A stretch of DNA of 39,171 nucleotides, taken from the NCBI GenBank assembly GCA_036395315.1, contig DASWDL010000276.1:1-39171 (forward strand), given 5' to 3'. This stretch comes from Nitrososphaeraceae archaeon (GTDB lineage Archaea > Thermoproteota > Nitrososphaeria > Nitrososphaerales > Nitrososphaeraceae). A program made the translations under genes and the position numbers. Shown in pieces: positions 20,127-30,460 of the stretch. Every line of letters begins with the position of its first letter. Position 1 is the stretch's first letter. Below the pieces are notes generated by a model that did no database searches, was not told the DNA's origin, and worked only from the letters and a program-made list of their open reading frames with translations.

Positions 20127-20376
20127 TCTCCTATATAGCGCACCGTGAGAGACCCTTGTCCCAATCGGATACTAATTTCTAGAACCACTGAAACTAGAAT
20201 ACGCGGCCGATTCGAGGTTGTGGACAGAGGAACTTCTAATTTAAGTAAAATATCAGGCAATTTTCCGGTCTAGAAGTTATAAAATAAGAATTAAGAAATA
20301 TTAATCAAAATTAAACGAGCTGGTAAAGATCGGGCAGTAAGTCTCCACCAATCTAAAGTTCTTGCCTTGATATCAT

Positions 20377-20874
20377 TTAGCCTGTTTTTCTGGCTACTGG
20401 ATTTCTGTATTTTTCTAGGTACACCATCATAACCTGATTGCCAGCAGGTTCTCGTTTAAATTCCCTATAACCTAGATTATTGTATAGCCTCAGATTATTT
20501 ACGCTCTTATTTCCTGTAAATAGCTCGTATCTTTCTGCAATTGTGAAATATGTTTCAATAGACCTAATCAATTGTGTTCCTATACCTTGATTTTGGAAAT
20601 TTGGCTCTACTGCTAACCTGCCGATATGTACTGTTTCCTCTTTCAAGCATCCCCGAACAGACCCAACAATTTCGCCATCCAATACCGCCTTCAGAAAGGT
20701 CTTGTGCTTGAATTGTTTCTGCAATTCTAGAGGAGTTTCAATTAGTGGTTCAATAGAATAATCGTTGTAAATTTCCGCCTCACTTTGATATGCTCTGATT
20801 TGAAGCTCAAGAATTTCAGTAAGATCAACTATGCTTGCTATTTCAATTTTCATGGATTGGTGAGATGGAGACAA
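20377..20874 (-). CDS. GNAT family N-acetyltransferase
   Basis: HIGRLAVEPNFQNQGIGTQL...NLRLYNNLGY. Confidence 0.92.
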   Translation of the reverse strand: MSPSHQSMKIEIASIVDLTEILELQIRAYQSEAEIYNDYSIEPLIETPLELQKQFKHKTFLKAVLDGEIVGSVRGCLKEETVHIGRLAVEPNFQNQGIGTQLIRSIETYFTIAERYELFTGNKSVNNLRLYNNLGYREFKREPAGNQVMMVYLEKYRNPVARKTG

Positions 20875-21569
20875 TTGAAGCCCCTAATGATCTGTTGTAT
20901 GTCAAGCTTATTTCTTGCTTTTGAATATCAAACTTGTTAACTGCTTATCCTGTCACCTTTTTGATTCTGCACAGAACAAGAACCTTCGATTGCAATGATA
21001 TGCCAAAGACTCATAAAAAGATCGATCATGGCTTACTGATTTGAAAATAGTAGTCAACTTATTTAATGATGGAGAATTTGGAACCTTAATATGATGTGTT
21101 GCAAACTCGTACTCTATGAGTTCACAAAATATCAATTCAAAAGCGCAATCAATTATCAGTCCAAAACAAACTTGTAGATCTGGTTGCGGAAATCCAAATA
21201 TCGAAATGGTAGATTAGAAGTTTCAGAAAAGCGTATTATTATTTTAAGCTTTTCTGTCCTCCTTGAAGACTGTTTATAATTTCAAGTAATTCGGCAATCC
21301 TGACTGGTTTTTTCATAACGTAAAATTCTAAATCAGTTTGGGAGAGCTGATCATATCTACCTTATATCTTAGATAAGTAAAACCAAATTTTTTGTCATGG
21401 ATATGCGGTTTTTCAGAAATAAGTTCCTCTATGACATATCATTGCCATAAAAGTTATTAGCAATGCATGTATAAATCCCCAAGTGAAACAAGAGGCTTCA
21501 AATCCCAATCCGTGAATAACCAAAATCAGAACCTGAATCAATGAAGACTGTGGTTGGCCTAACCAAGTA

Positions 21570-21597
21570 AGTAACTAATTACTACCTCACTTTAATA
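21570..21597 (+). promoter_or_regulatory. AGTAA-N4-TTACT palindrome plus TATA box
   Basis: AGTAA-ctaa-TTACT-AC-ctcac-TTTAATA upstream of the hydrolase. Confidence 0.6.
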
Positions 21598-21660
21598 GTT
21601 CATTAACATAGCTCACCCAATGGGAAGGTATTCTTTACCAAAACACGGGGAAAAGCTACT

Positions 21661-22686
21661 ATGAGAGATGTCCATGTTTCAGTTTTGATAATTATTGCAA
21701 CGAGTATCTCTCTAATTGGATTTGGTTTGAGTCAGGTTCAAATTGGAACTGCACAGCAACAGCAGCCGCAAGCTAACCTAACATCCACCGAACAACATCA
21801 TCTACTTGATGGTATTTCTTTCCAGATTGATAATGTGACTTTTACACATCATACTACATCCGTAAATGGAATACAGTTGCATTATGTGATGGGTGGTAAA
21901 GGAGATCCTGTAGTATTGTTGCACGGATATCCACAATCATGGTATGAATGGAGACATGTTATGCCAGCTCTAGCTAAGAATTATACTGTAGTTGCGCCCG
22001 ATCTTCGGGGATTTGGTGATTCTTCAAAACCAATGACTGGTTATGATGGCAAGACTATTGCTGAGGACATTTATCAATTGATGACTCAGTTAGGTTTTAA
22101 TAAAATTTATTTAGCAGCACATGATGTCGGAAGTCAGCCAGCGTTTTCATATACCGCGGAGCATCCGAATAACGTAACCAAATTGGTGATCATGGATTTC
22201 CCATACCCCGGCTTTCTACCTCCTGCATTCGGTCAGAATGGGCCCTGGTGGTTTTCTTTTTATCAAACCCGTGACATATCAGAAGCTCTCATACAAGGTA
22301 AAGAGCGAGAATATATTTCATGGTTTATGAGGGGATTAGCTTATAATCCAGCTGCAATCACGGAACAAGACATTGATGTATGGGCAAGCCACCTTGTAGC
22401 TCCCGGTGGATTACGTGGATCGCTTGAGCATTTTCGAGCTTTTCCTATTGATGCAGAGCAAAACAAAGAAACAGCCAAGGCCAAGATATCAACGCCTGTA
22501 TTGGCACTGGGTGGTGATATCTATCCGGCTTTAGGCGGCGATTATCCGGGTAACTTTGCGTATAGCTCACTACAATCATTAGCCTCAAATGTAACTGGTA
22601 TTACAGTTCCACTTTCAGGACACTGGATTCCAGAAGAGCAGCCAAAATTTGTAATAGATCAGCTATTCAAATTCTTTGGAAAATAG
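21661..22686 (+). CDS. Secreted or membrane-anchored alpha/beta hydrolase (epoxide hydrolase/dehalogenase type)
   Basis: N-terminal hydrophobic signal; LLHGYP, APDLRGFGDS, AHDVG (Asp nucleophile), GHWIPEEQP. Confidence 0.9.
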   Translation: MRDVHVSVLIIIATSISLIGFGLSQVQIGTAQQQQPQANLTSTEQHHLLDGISFQIDNVTFTHHTTSVNGIQLHYVMGGKGDPVVLLHGYPQSWYEWRHVMPALAKNYTVVAPDLRGFGDSSKPMTGYDGKTIAEDIYQLMTQLGFNKIYLAAHDVGSQPAFSYTAEHPNNVTKLVIMDFPYPGFLPPAFGQNGPWWFSFYQTRDISEALIQGKEREYISWFMRGLAYNPAAITEQDIDVWASHLVAPGGLRGSLEHFRAFPIDAEQNKETAKAKISTPVLALGGDIYPALGGDYPGNFAYSSLQSLASNVTGITVPLSGHWIPEEQPKFVIDQLFKFFGK

Positions 22687-22855
22687 TACCAATCGTTCTA
22701 AACGTATATGTAGTTAGGAACTATCAAGAAACCCCAATGTCTGATCATATTCATATTTGACTAACATTTTATTACCACTATTTGTCATATTCTGAAATCA
22801 TTTAGTTCTAAATAATTCCTAACATAAGGTAATTCAGGTAATTCTTTAATTTATC

Positions 22856-23797
22856 TTACATAGCCAAGACCACTTTGCCTCTAGAATGTTCATTCTTTTG
22901 GTAATCTAGCGCATCACCAGCCTCATCCAATGAAAACTCCTTCTCTACATTTACCCTTATATTATTTTGATCCACCCATTGTGCCACTTTAGTTAAATGT
23001 TCCTTATCAGGTTGTGTGAATTGAAATATGGCTTTGACCCCGTATTGATTCATTAGCTCTGAATCAGGCTGCTCTAGCATAGAAACAATTACGCCGCCTT
23101 TCTTCAAAACTTTGAAAGATCTTCTGTAAGAGTCGCCGCCTACAGTATCGAAGACTGCATCATAATTTTGAACCAAGTCTTCAAAGGTTTGAGTCTTGTA
23201 GTCTATTACAATATCTGCTCCCAGTTTTTGTACAAAAGGATTGTCACTTGCACTTACTGTCGTTGCTACGTACGCTCCTAAGCTCTTGGCAAGCTGAATA
23301 GCGATTGATCCTATACCTCCTGCACCGCCATGAATTAGGATCTTCTGATCTTTTGATAAACTCATATCTTCAGTAAGAACTCTCCAAGCAGCGACTCCCA
23401 CAAGAGGTAGACCTGCCGCTTCAGTATAACTTAATCTCTTGGGTTTATTTGCGATACTTTTCATATTTGCGACAGCCATTTCAGCAAATGCTCCCGATCC
23501 GCCACTTATTACACCAGCCTGTCCAAATACCTCATCTCCTAGTTTAAAATCTGAAGGGGAGACACCTTCTCCAACTTGTTTAATAACCCCAGAGAAATCT
23601 ATCCCCAAGGTTGACGGGAATTGAAGTGGAAACATTTGTTGGAAACCACCTTCGCTAATTTTCCAATCTACTGGATTTACGCCCGCAGCTTTTATGGCGA
23701 CTAAAACTTTTCCGGGAGATATACTTGGTTCAGGTGTGTTTTCGTTAATCTCAATAACATCGCTGCTTCCATATTTATTAATTTGAGCAGATTTCAT
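22856..23797 (-). CDS. NADP-dependent oxidoreductase (MDR, quinone-oxidoreductase-like)
   Basis: AAGVNPVDWK, ILIHGGAGGIG, RGKVVL; likely start MKSAQ at 23797. Confidence 0.92.
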   Translation of the reverse strand: MKSAQINKYGSSDVIEINENTPEPSISPGKVLVAIKAAGVNPVDWKISEGGFQQMFPLQFPSTLGIDFSGVIKQVGEGVSPSDFKLGDEVFGQAGVISGGSGAFAEMAVANMKSIANKPKRLSYTEAAGLPLVGVAAWRVLTEDMSLSKDQKILIHGGAGGIGSIAIQLAKSLGAYVATTVSASDNPFVQKLGADIVIDYKTQTFEDLVQNYDAVFDTVGGDSYRRSFKVLKKGGVIVSMLEQPDSELMNQYGVKAIFQFTQPDKEHLTKVAQWVDQNNIRVNVEKEFSLDEAGDALDYQKNEHSRGKVVLAM

Positions 23798-24127
23798 ACT
23801 GATTATAGTGCTTGATAGTATTAAAGGGTAAATAATCGCAAATTGGGATATTAAGGTAGTTCCTTGAATTAGTAGCTTACATATCATTACACCATGAATG
23901 AATTGGCATCCACCAAACAATACCTTAGCAAGGTCCTTAGGGAAATCGATAAAAGAGAAAAATAGAACACAATTATTTTTTGCTGAAGGATGCTGTTCTC
24001 CTTTTTTTCAATTTATGTTATATAAATTATTTATACAGTTCCTTGAAGGAGGTAATAATTCATAAGTTGTTGTAAGGTAAGAGCGTGATGAGTTATCCCC
24101 CCTCTTCATATAGGCTAGGGCTGGCCC

Positions 24128-24481
24128 TTACATGGCTATTCCATCTATCCCTACATCAAACTTGGAATAATATTTTTGAACATCAGAATTGCCGTATTTC
24201 GATCTAAACTTCTCTATTATGTCTTTAACTTCGTCGTCATCGGTTATCGTTTTTGCTTTCCCGGTTAATTCCTGTCCATGTGCTGAAATTTTCACATTTG
24301 GATTTTCTACTACGTTTCTATACCAATTTGTATCCGAACCCTGTACAGGAAGTAAATACAATTTGTTGTCTTCTTGAACAAACCAATCAGGTCTCGATTT
24401 ATACTGACCTGATTTTCTGCCTACAACAGTCAAGTCTATTTCATTTATTGTGCTGAGATCCTTTAAGTCAGGTTTTGACAT
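24128..24481 (-). CDS. Deazaflavin (F420)-dependent nitroreductase-like (DDN/split-barrel) protein
   Basis: LTVVGRKSGQ...W...SDTNWYRNVVENPNV. Confidence 0.8.
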   Translation of the reverse strand: MSKPDLKDLSTINEIDLTVVGRKSGQYKSRPDWFVQEDNKLYLLPVQGSDTNWYRNVVENPNVKISAHGQELTGKAKTITDDDEVKDIIEKFRSKYGNSDVQKYYSKFDVGIDGIAM

Positions 24482-24718
24482 ATAACATTTTTTAGGAGCA
24501 TCGACTAATTATCTTTTAACACATCTCAATAGCTAGAACCTTCACCAATAGTCCTACATTTGGAGATCTGTTTGGTAGGAGGGGGCGGATTAGATGAAAC
24601 AAATGGCGGTAAATTTAGTAAATCCGGAATGAGAAGAACATGCAAAGTATTTTTCGATATATATGTAGTACAATCAAGTAAATTTTTGCTCACTTAATTT
24701 GGTTATTCATACCAACTA

Positions 24719-24746
24719 AGTTAGGAATTACTACTGTACTTAAATA
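24719..24746 (+). promoter_or_regulatory. AGTAA-N4-TTACT-like site plus TATA box
   Basis: AGTTA-ggaa-TTACT-AC-tgtac-TTAAATA; second site AGTAA-attt-TTGCT at 24677-24690. Confidence 0.6.
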
Positions 24747-24768
24747 ATCAATTACCTAATGATATTAG

Positions 24769-25815
24769 ATGCAAGTAGGAATTGATAGCTTCGCAGCATT
24801 TGATGACTCTGGCCTTTCAGTCAGCCCGTCTGAGCGTTTGCGAAGGTTGGTTGAACAAATAGAATATGCCGATAAAATTGGATTAGATGTCTTTGGCGTT
24901 GGCGAACATCACCGTAAAGAGTTCCTCGATTCGGCTCCGGCTGTTATCCTAGCTGCTGCAGCTGCACGAACGAAACGGATACGTCTTACCAGTGCTGTAA
25001 CTGTGCTGAGTGCAGCCGACCCGGTAAGGGTGTTTCAAGAATTCGCAACACTGGATCTTCTGTCGCAGGGCCGGGCGGAGCTGATTGTTGGCCGCGGTTC
25101 ATCCATCGAAGCCTTTCCTTTGTTCGGATTTAAGTTGGAAGACTATGACTCTCTTTTTGCAGAGAAACTCGGTTTGCTGCTAAAGATTCGTGACAATGAG
25201 CATGTACATTGGTCTGGTGAATATCGCCCTACATTGAATGGTCAGGGAGTGTTTCCTAGGCCCTTACAGAATCCTTTGCCAATATGGATAGGCGTTGGGG
25301 GAACTCCAGAATCATTTGTCAGAGCTGGTTTGCTTGGACTCCCTTTGATGGTTGCAATTATAGGCGGCGAAACGCACAGATTCAGGCCACTCATTGATCT
25401 TTACCGGGAGGCAGGCAGGCGAGCCGGCCATTCACCTCATCAATTAAAAGTAGGCGTACATTCGCTGGGCTATGTCGCAGAGAGCACCCAAGAAGCAGTT
25501 GACGACTTCTTTCCAGGATATGCACGTACCATGACTGAGATTGGAAGAGAGCGCGGGTGGCCCAAGATGACACGTGCGAGTTTTGATGCACAGCGAGATG
25601 AACGGGGTGCGCTCCTTGTAGGCGATCCAGATGAGGTAGTGGAGAAGCTAATCCGGCACAGCAATACGCTAGGCGGGATCTCCAGAATTACTTTTATGAT
25701 GAACCCTGCCTCGTTACCTCATGAGAAGCTCATGCGAGCTACCAAATTAATAGGTACGCGTATTGCGCCTGCGCTTCGTGAAGTGGGTGAAAACTACATG
25801 GAGGTATCGAATTAG
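24769..25815 (+). CDS. LLM-class (luciferase-like) flavin-dependent oxidoreductase
   Basis: GVGEHH, LTSAVTVLSAADPVRVFQEFATLDLLSQGRAE, FPRP. Confidence 0.93.
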   Translation: MQVGIDSFAAFDDSGLSVSPSERLRRLVEQIEYADKIGLDVFGVGEHHRKEFLDSAPAVILAAAAARTKRIRLTSAVTVLSAADPVRVFQEFATLDLLSQGRAELIVGRGSSIEAFPLFGFKLEDYDSLFAEKLGLLLKIRDNEHVHWSGEYRPTLNGQGVFPRPLQNPLPIWIGVGGTPESFVRAGLLGLPLMVAIIGGETHRFRPLIDLYREAGRRAGHSPHQLKVGVHSLGYVAESTQEAVDDFFPGYARTMTEIGRERGWPKMTRASFDAQRDERGALLVGDPDEVVEKLIRHSNTLGGISRITFMMNPASLPHEKLMRATKLIGTRIAPALREVGENYMEVSN

Positions 25816-26343
25816 CTTTTGGTAGGCGTAATCAATATAAGGGTGGTGTACAGTTCGCACGGGGAGAGATGTTTCTAAGTTAGCTGCCAAATCACACCTT
25901 AGCGATCAATTAGACTTGGCAGAGAATCTCTTCTTTATCTTATTTCTGTTCTCAATCTTAGTAAACTGATAGTCAAGTTCAGACATAGGTTCCCCGAGTT
26001 ACTATTACCATTTTTCACTCCGCTACTCTTTAGGTAGGCAATAAACATTTTCAATCAAATAGACAAGAATTACCTGTACTCGCATCTAGACCCCCTCAAC
26101 TTAAATAATTGGGGATTCTTTGATAGCTAAGTTGAACGCAAAGATGCTGTCAATGAAAAATGTGTACAAGCTATGTTACCCAAATGGGAAAGTAGACTTG
26201 GGGGAACAGCAGAATTCATGTCGACCCATTGCTTTAGCATGGCCAACGCTGGATGGCTTGATCCAACTGTCCAAGCATCACTTCAAAATGGTGCCTTTGC
26301 CTACAAATAAGTTAAGCAGTCTTAACTGTAAGGAACGGTATTC

Positions 26344-28017
26344 ATGAGTGAAGCACGCAGAGGACTCCCTCTAACTAGTTCTCGAATTGAGAAAATATTT
26401 CCGAAATTAACACCAGCTCAGATCGGTCGTATTGCGACGCATGGACGTACTCGTTCAGTACAGTCCGGTGATGTGCTAATTGAGCAAGGAGATACTTCAG
26501 TGCCGTTCTTTGTTGTAATAACAGGAGAAGTAGAGATTGTGCGCCCCTTCGGCACCCATGAGACTCTCATAACCATCCATAGTGATGGAGAATTCACCGG
26601 AGAAGTTAACATGCTCTCTGGCCGCCGATCTTTAGTTCGGGCGCGGGCTACGAAGCCAAGCGAAGTAATCGAACTTGATCACCAAGATTTAATCGGTTTA
26701 GTGCAGACTGATGCTGATCTCAGCGACATACTAATGAGGGCTTTCATCCTACGCAGAGTAGAGTTAATAGCTGCCGGTGTGGGAGATCTTATCCTTATTG
26801 GATCGGTATATTCTGCCGATACTTTGCGGATTAAAGAGTTTCTAATCCGAAACGGACATCCGTACTCCTACATAGACTTAGAACAAGATCCTGACGTACA
26901 GAATCTATTGGATAGTTTCCAAATTTCTGCCAGTGATGTACCAGTATTGATCTGTAGAGGTCAAGTAGTATTGCGGAATCCCGGTAATCAGCAAATCGCA
27001 GACTGCCTAGGCTTCAATGAGTCTATCGACCAAACTCAGGTGCGCGATCTCGTAGTAGTCGGAGCCGGTCCCTCAGGATTGGCCGCCGCAGTATACGGTG
27101 CATCAGAAGGGTTGGATGTTGTGGTACTGGAAACGGGTTCTCCTGGCGGTCAGGCTGGTTCAAGCTCAAAAATTGAAAATTACTTGGGATTTCCTACCGG
27201 GATCTCAGGTCAGGACCTAGCAGGGAGGGCGTATATCCAAGCACAGAAGTTTGGGGCTAAGATGTTAATTGCTAGGGCAAAAAGAATTGTCTGCGACCAG
27301 AGACCGTACATAGTAGAAGCCGAGAATGGCGCTCGAATTCCGGCCAGGACCGTCTTGATAGCCACAGGTGCTCAATATAGAAAGCTACCATTGAAAAACC
27401 TGTCTCGATTTGAAGGTGCTGGAGTTTATTATGGTGCAACATTTGTGGAAAGACAATTGTGTGGAGGAGAGGAAGTAAATGTTGTTGGTGGAGGAAACTC
27501 AGCTGGTCAGGCTGCTGTGTTTTTGGCACAGACGACAAAACGTGTCCACGTTATAGTAAGGTCCGCTAGTTTAGCCACTAGTATGTCACGCTATCTGATT
27601 CGTAGGATAGAAGAAAGCCCTAATGTTATAGTCCGGCCCTACACAGAGATTGTAGCTCTCGAAGGAAACCACCACCTTGAATTCGTTCGCTGGCGAAATA
27701 GTCAAACAGGTCAGACTGAGAAGCATAACATCAGACATTTATTCGTCATGACCGGTGCCGATTCAAATACCGGTTGGCTTAATGGTTGTATTGTGCTCGA
27801 CGCAAAAGGCTTCATTAATACGGGTCCGGACTTGTCGTCTGAAAATCTGAGCGCCGCAGGTTGGTCTCTTAAAAGACAACCATACTTGCTTGAAACCAGT
27901 TTGCCAGGTGTTTTCGCAGCTGGTGATGTACGCGGTGGCAGCATTAAGCGAGTCGCCTCCGCTGTGGGCGAGGGATCAACTGTGATCTCATTTGTTCATA
28001 AAGTAATCCAGGAATAG
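26344..28017 (+). CDS. cNMP-binding domain / glutaredoxin-like / thioredoxin-reductase-like FAD oxidoreductase
   Basis: cNMP fold (GEFTGE..ML), GAGPSGL, IENYLGFP.G, GGGNSAGQ, TSLPGVFAAGD; the CxxC site reads GATF. Confidence 0.9.
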   Translation: MSEARRGLPLTSSRIEKIFPKLTPAQIGRIATHGRTRSVQSGDVLIEQGDTSVPFFVVITGEVEIVRPFGTHETLITIHSDGEFTGEVNMLSGRRSLVRARATKPSEVIELDHQDLIGLVQTDADLSDILMRAFILRRVELIAAGVGDLILIGSVYSADTLRIKEFLIRNGHPYSYIDLEQDPDVQNLLDSFQISASDVPVLICRGQVVLRNPGNQQIADCLGFNESIDQTQVRDLVVVGAGPSGLAAAVYGASEGLDVVVLETGSPGGQAGSSSKIENYLGFPTGISGQDLAGRAYIQAQKFGAKMLIARAKRIVCDQRPYIVEAENGARIPARTVLIATGAQYRKLPLKNLSRFEGAGVYYGATFVERQLCGGEEVNVVGGGNSAGQAAVFLAQTTKRVHVIVRSASLATSMSRYLIRRIEESPNVIVRPYTEIVALEGNHHLEFVRWRNSQTGQTEKHNIRHLFVMTGADSNTGWLNGCIVLDAKGFINTGPDLSSENLSAAGWSLKRQPYLLETSLPGVFAAGDVRGGSIKRVASAVGEGSTVISFVHKVIQE

Positions 28018-28257
28018 GAGATGTCAACAGTATCGACACTGAAAACCTGATTTTTATACCTACACAATAAAAATCAGACAGGTGTAAGAAAATTTAAACC
28101 AAAACTATACCTTGACTTGCACAACACATAAATCAATCTTATCTTTATATTGTTAAATGACCTCTCGTAGAATGGGAAAGTCAATAGAGAATGCTTCCTT
28201 CTGAATTATATTAAAAAATGTGGGAGGCTGGGTCTATTGACACCAGTTTTGCTTTTC

Positions 28258-28587
28258 CTAATTTTCGAAAAATGTTCCATCTTCGATTTTTTTGCATCTT
28301 TCTATTACTGTTTGGAAGGTAATCAGTACAATTCTTACCGTGTTAAATCTTCCTGTACTTCTGGCCATCAAATCTTCTACAACCTGTGCGTTTTCTGATT
28401 CAACAACCCACAGGAATGTATGTTCCAAGGCTGAATGATGCTGTTGTAGGATTTTTACTCCATACTTTTGCGCATTTTTCTCTTGATTTGGGAGATTTGA
28501 TAATAGCCACCTTCTATTTTGTTCGTTGTAGAGTGGACATGCTTCTTGGGTATGCTCTCCATATATTCCATATAGCCCTCCTTTCAT
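28258..28587 (-). CDS. Hypothetical protein (GYD/DUF3303-like ferredoxin-fold candidate)
   Basis: HTQEACP...EHTFLWVVES pattern. Confidence 0.65.
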   Translation of the reverse strand: MKGGLYGIYGEHTQEACPLYNEQNRRWLLSNLPNQEKNAQKYGVKILQQHHSALEHTFLWVVESENAQVVEDLMARSTGRFNTVRIVLITFQTVIERCKKIEDGTFFEN

Positions 28588-29335
28588 TTTCTATATAGCA
28601 GCTAGCTACTCACAAACGACAGTCCCCTAGTTTTAATCCTTAAGTAATTTTTTGCACATGATAAATATACAATGGAACTGACAATCAAATGTTTGACATG
28701 TGGTTTAGAATACGAATCTAAATATCAAACAGATGAAGAGATATTCAAAACGAAGATAAAGATCAATTAACTTTCCTTGTATGTACCCTAACTCGTTCTC
28801 ATAATTCTGGCTTTGTTATATTTGCAAATCTTAGTTCGATGCGTTTTTACAATATGGTCAGTAAGTTACATCATTAACTCACCTTCACTATTTGTTTTTC
28901 TTACAAACTCGCAATCAATAGCAACATCCCTAAATGATATCGATAACATGGATCAGGGAAAGGTTTTCATTTCTATATAAATTAGGTTGAACGAAAACCC
29001 ATCGTACAAGAATCGATGTCTTTAGAGAAATCAAATCAAACCAAATAAAGAAACAATATATGCTACCAAAACTTGGTAAAGCCAGCATAATAATTGCCAT
29101 TTATATCACATTTAGGTATATAGAAAACATGGATAAGGAATTAAAAAATCGAATCTCCATTAATTAACCTACAGTAACCTTGTTGCATAGTCCAACTGAA
29201 GGGACAATCAAACTCATTTACATCCCTTCAGTATTTTTTTCTTTAAACAACAAAACTTTCGCTATATAGTGAAAATGGGAGTAAGTGAATCTGTTAAGGT
29301 ATCCCATAATGAATATTGGTTTACCAATACATCCA

Positions 29336-29404
29336 GAGCAGCCAGTTTTTATAATAGACCAGTTATTCGAATTCTTTGGAAACAGTACTAACGACAGTAA
29401 ATGA
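29336..29404 (+). pseudogene. 3'-terminal remnant of an alpha/beta hydrolase paralogous to 21661-22686
   Basis: EQPVFIIDQLFEFFGNSTNDSK* versus EQPKFVIDQLFKFFG; similarity is also visible at the DNA level. Confidence 0.75.
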
Positions 29405-29511
29405 GCCCCTTAATATCTTAACAAATTCTCTTCCGCTGGGCAATGAATTGGATATGACTGATGCATGTGAATTCACCAAAGTTTTGATTAGTCCTATCAC
29501 ATTTACTTAGT

Positions 29512-29540
29512 TAGTAAATAATTACTACCAAAGTTAAATA
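29512..29540 (+). promoter_or_regulatory. TAGTAA-N4-TTACTA perfect palindrome plus TATA box
   Basis: TAGTAA-ataa-TTACTA-C-caaag-TTAAATA upstream of the Rieske gene; overlapping IR ATTTACT-N5-AGTAAAT at 29501-29519. Confidence 0.6.
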
Positions 29541-29562
29541 TAGTCTATTCGTAACAAAAACA

Positions 29563-29967
29563 ATGAGTCAAAACCAAGATTACGTTGAAGTATGTAAGGT
29601 TGGTGAAATTAGTAATGGACAGATGAAGCATGTAGAGATAAACGGAAAAGAGATTGTAATAGCCAACCTTAATGGAAAGTTCTATGCTTTTGCCGAAAGA
29701 TGTGGCCATATGAATGCAAGACTCTCGCGTGGAAATATCACTCAAAATATAGTAACTTGTCCTTTTCATGCAGCAAAGTTTGATATTACGTCTGGAAAGA
29801 AAATAGGAGATCCCGTATTAGAAATCCCGCCTGGAATGGAACCTCTGCCGTCCTCATGGCAAAAATATATGGAATCTGTTGGACAAGAGATGTCATACAT
29901 TAAAACATATGACCAAGAGACCTACGAGGTTAAAGTGGACGGAGATAGTATCAAAGTAAGTGTATAG
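29563..29967 (+). CDS. Rieske [2Fe-2S] ferredoxin
   Basis: RCGHM...TCPFH motifs. Confidence 0.92.
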   Translation: MSQNQDYVEVCKVGEISNGQMKHVEINGKEIVIANLNGKFYAFAERCGHMNARLSRGNITQNIVTCPFHAAKFDITSGKKIGDPVLEIPPGMEPLPSSWQKYMESVGQEMSYIKTYDQETYEVKVDGDSIKVSV

Positions 29968-30138
29968 GCTCTTCTCTCCCTTTCCTGTCCTATTGTGCAT
30001 TTAATTTGACAAATTCTAAAATTTCAGTTTTAATCATAATGGTAATAATGACATGATGCCACACGCTGACCATAGAGTTCAAAATCAATTTCCTGATTTT
30101 GCGGTAAATTATAGTACGTCTATTGTTGAAAATTCAGG

Positions 30139-30345
30139 GTGATCTTTGAATTGATTAACGCTGAAAAGTGGCAAGATAATAATCACCAAATAATCACGAT
30201 ATATTTCTTAATATGCGAGTCGTGTTATTGGTGTGCATCATATTCAATAAACAGCGATAGGCACATACACATATGTCCTTTATGCGGTAGCAACAGATTG
30301 GAATATTCCCCCATTTCGGACTCTGGCGGAAGAAAGAATTCTTGA
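30139..30345 (+). CDS. Small zinc-ribbon protein
   Basis: CESCYWCAS...CPLCGS. Confidence 0.65.
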   Translation: MIFELINAEKWQDNNHQIITIYFLICESCYWCASYSINSDRHIHICPLCGSNRLEYSPISDSGGRKNS

Positions 30346-30460
30346 ACCTATGAGCAATTGTGATTTCCATAACCTTCAGAAAGCTAAAATTCCTTTTGGG
30401 CATTCACCAGTTTTAAAACTAATTAGTCAGAGGAAATAAAATAATGATAAGAGGATAAAT

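Noticed and set aside
21240-21320. Minus-strand KPVRIAELLEIINS resembling a receiver-domain C-terminus
   Set aside because: Too short, and no upstream Asp motifs could be recovered.
25884-25922. CTGCCAA...TTGGCAG inverted repeat after the LLM gene
   Set aside because: A 7-bp stem with a 25-nt loop is within chance expectation.
26120-26347. 75-aa ORF overlapping the TrxR-like start
   Set aside because: TTG start and no recognisable family; it may be a decayed fragment.
28672-28770. 32-aa ORF MELTIKCLTCGLEY...
   Set aside because: It has only one CxxC and no second ligand pair in frame. It may be a decayed Zn finger, but I cannot support that.
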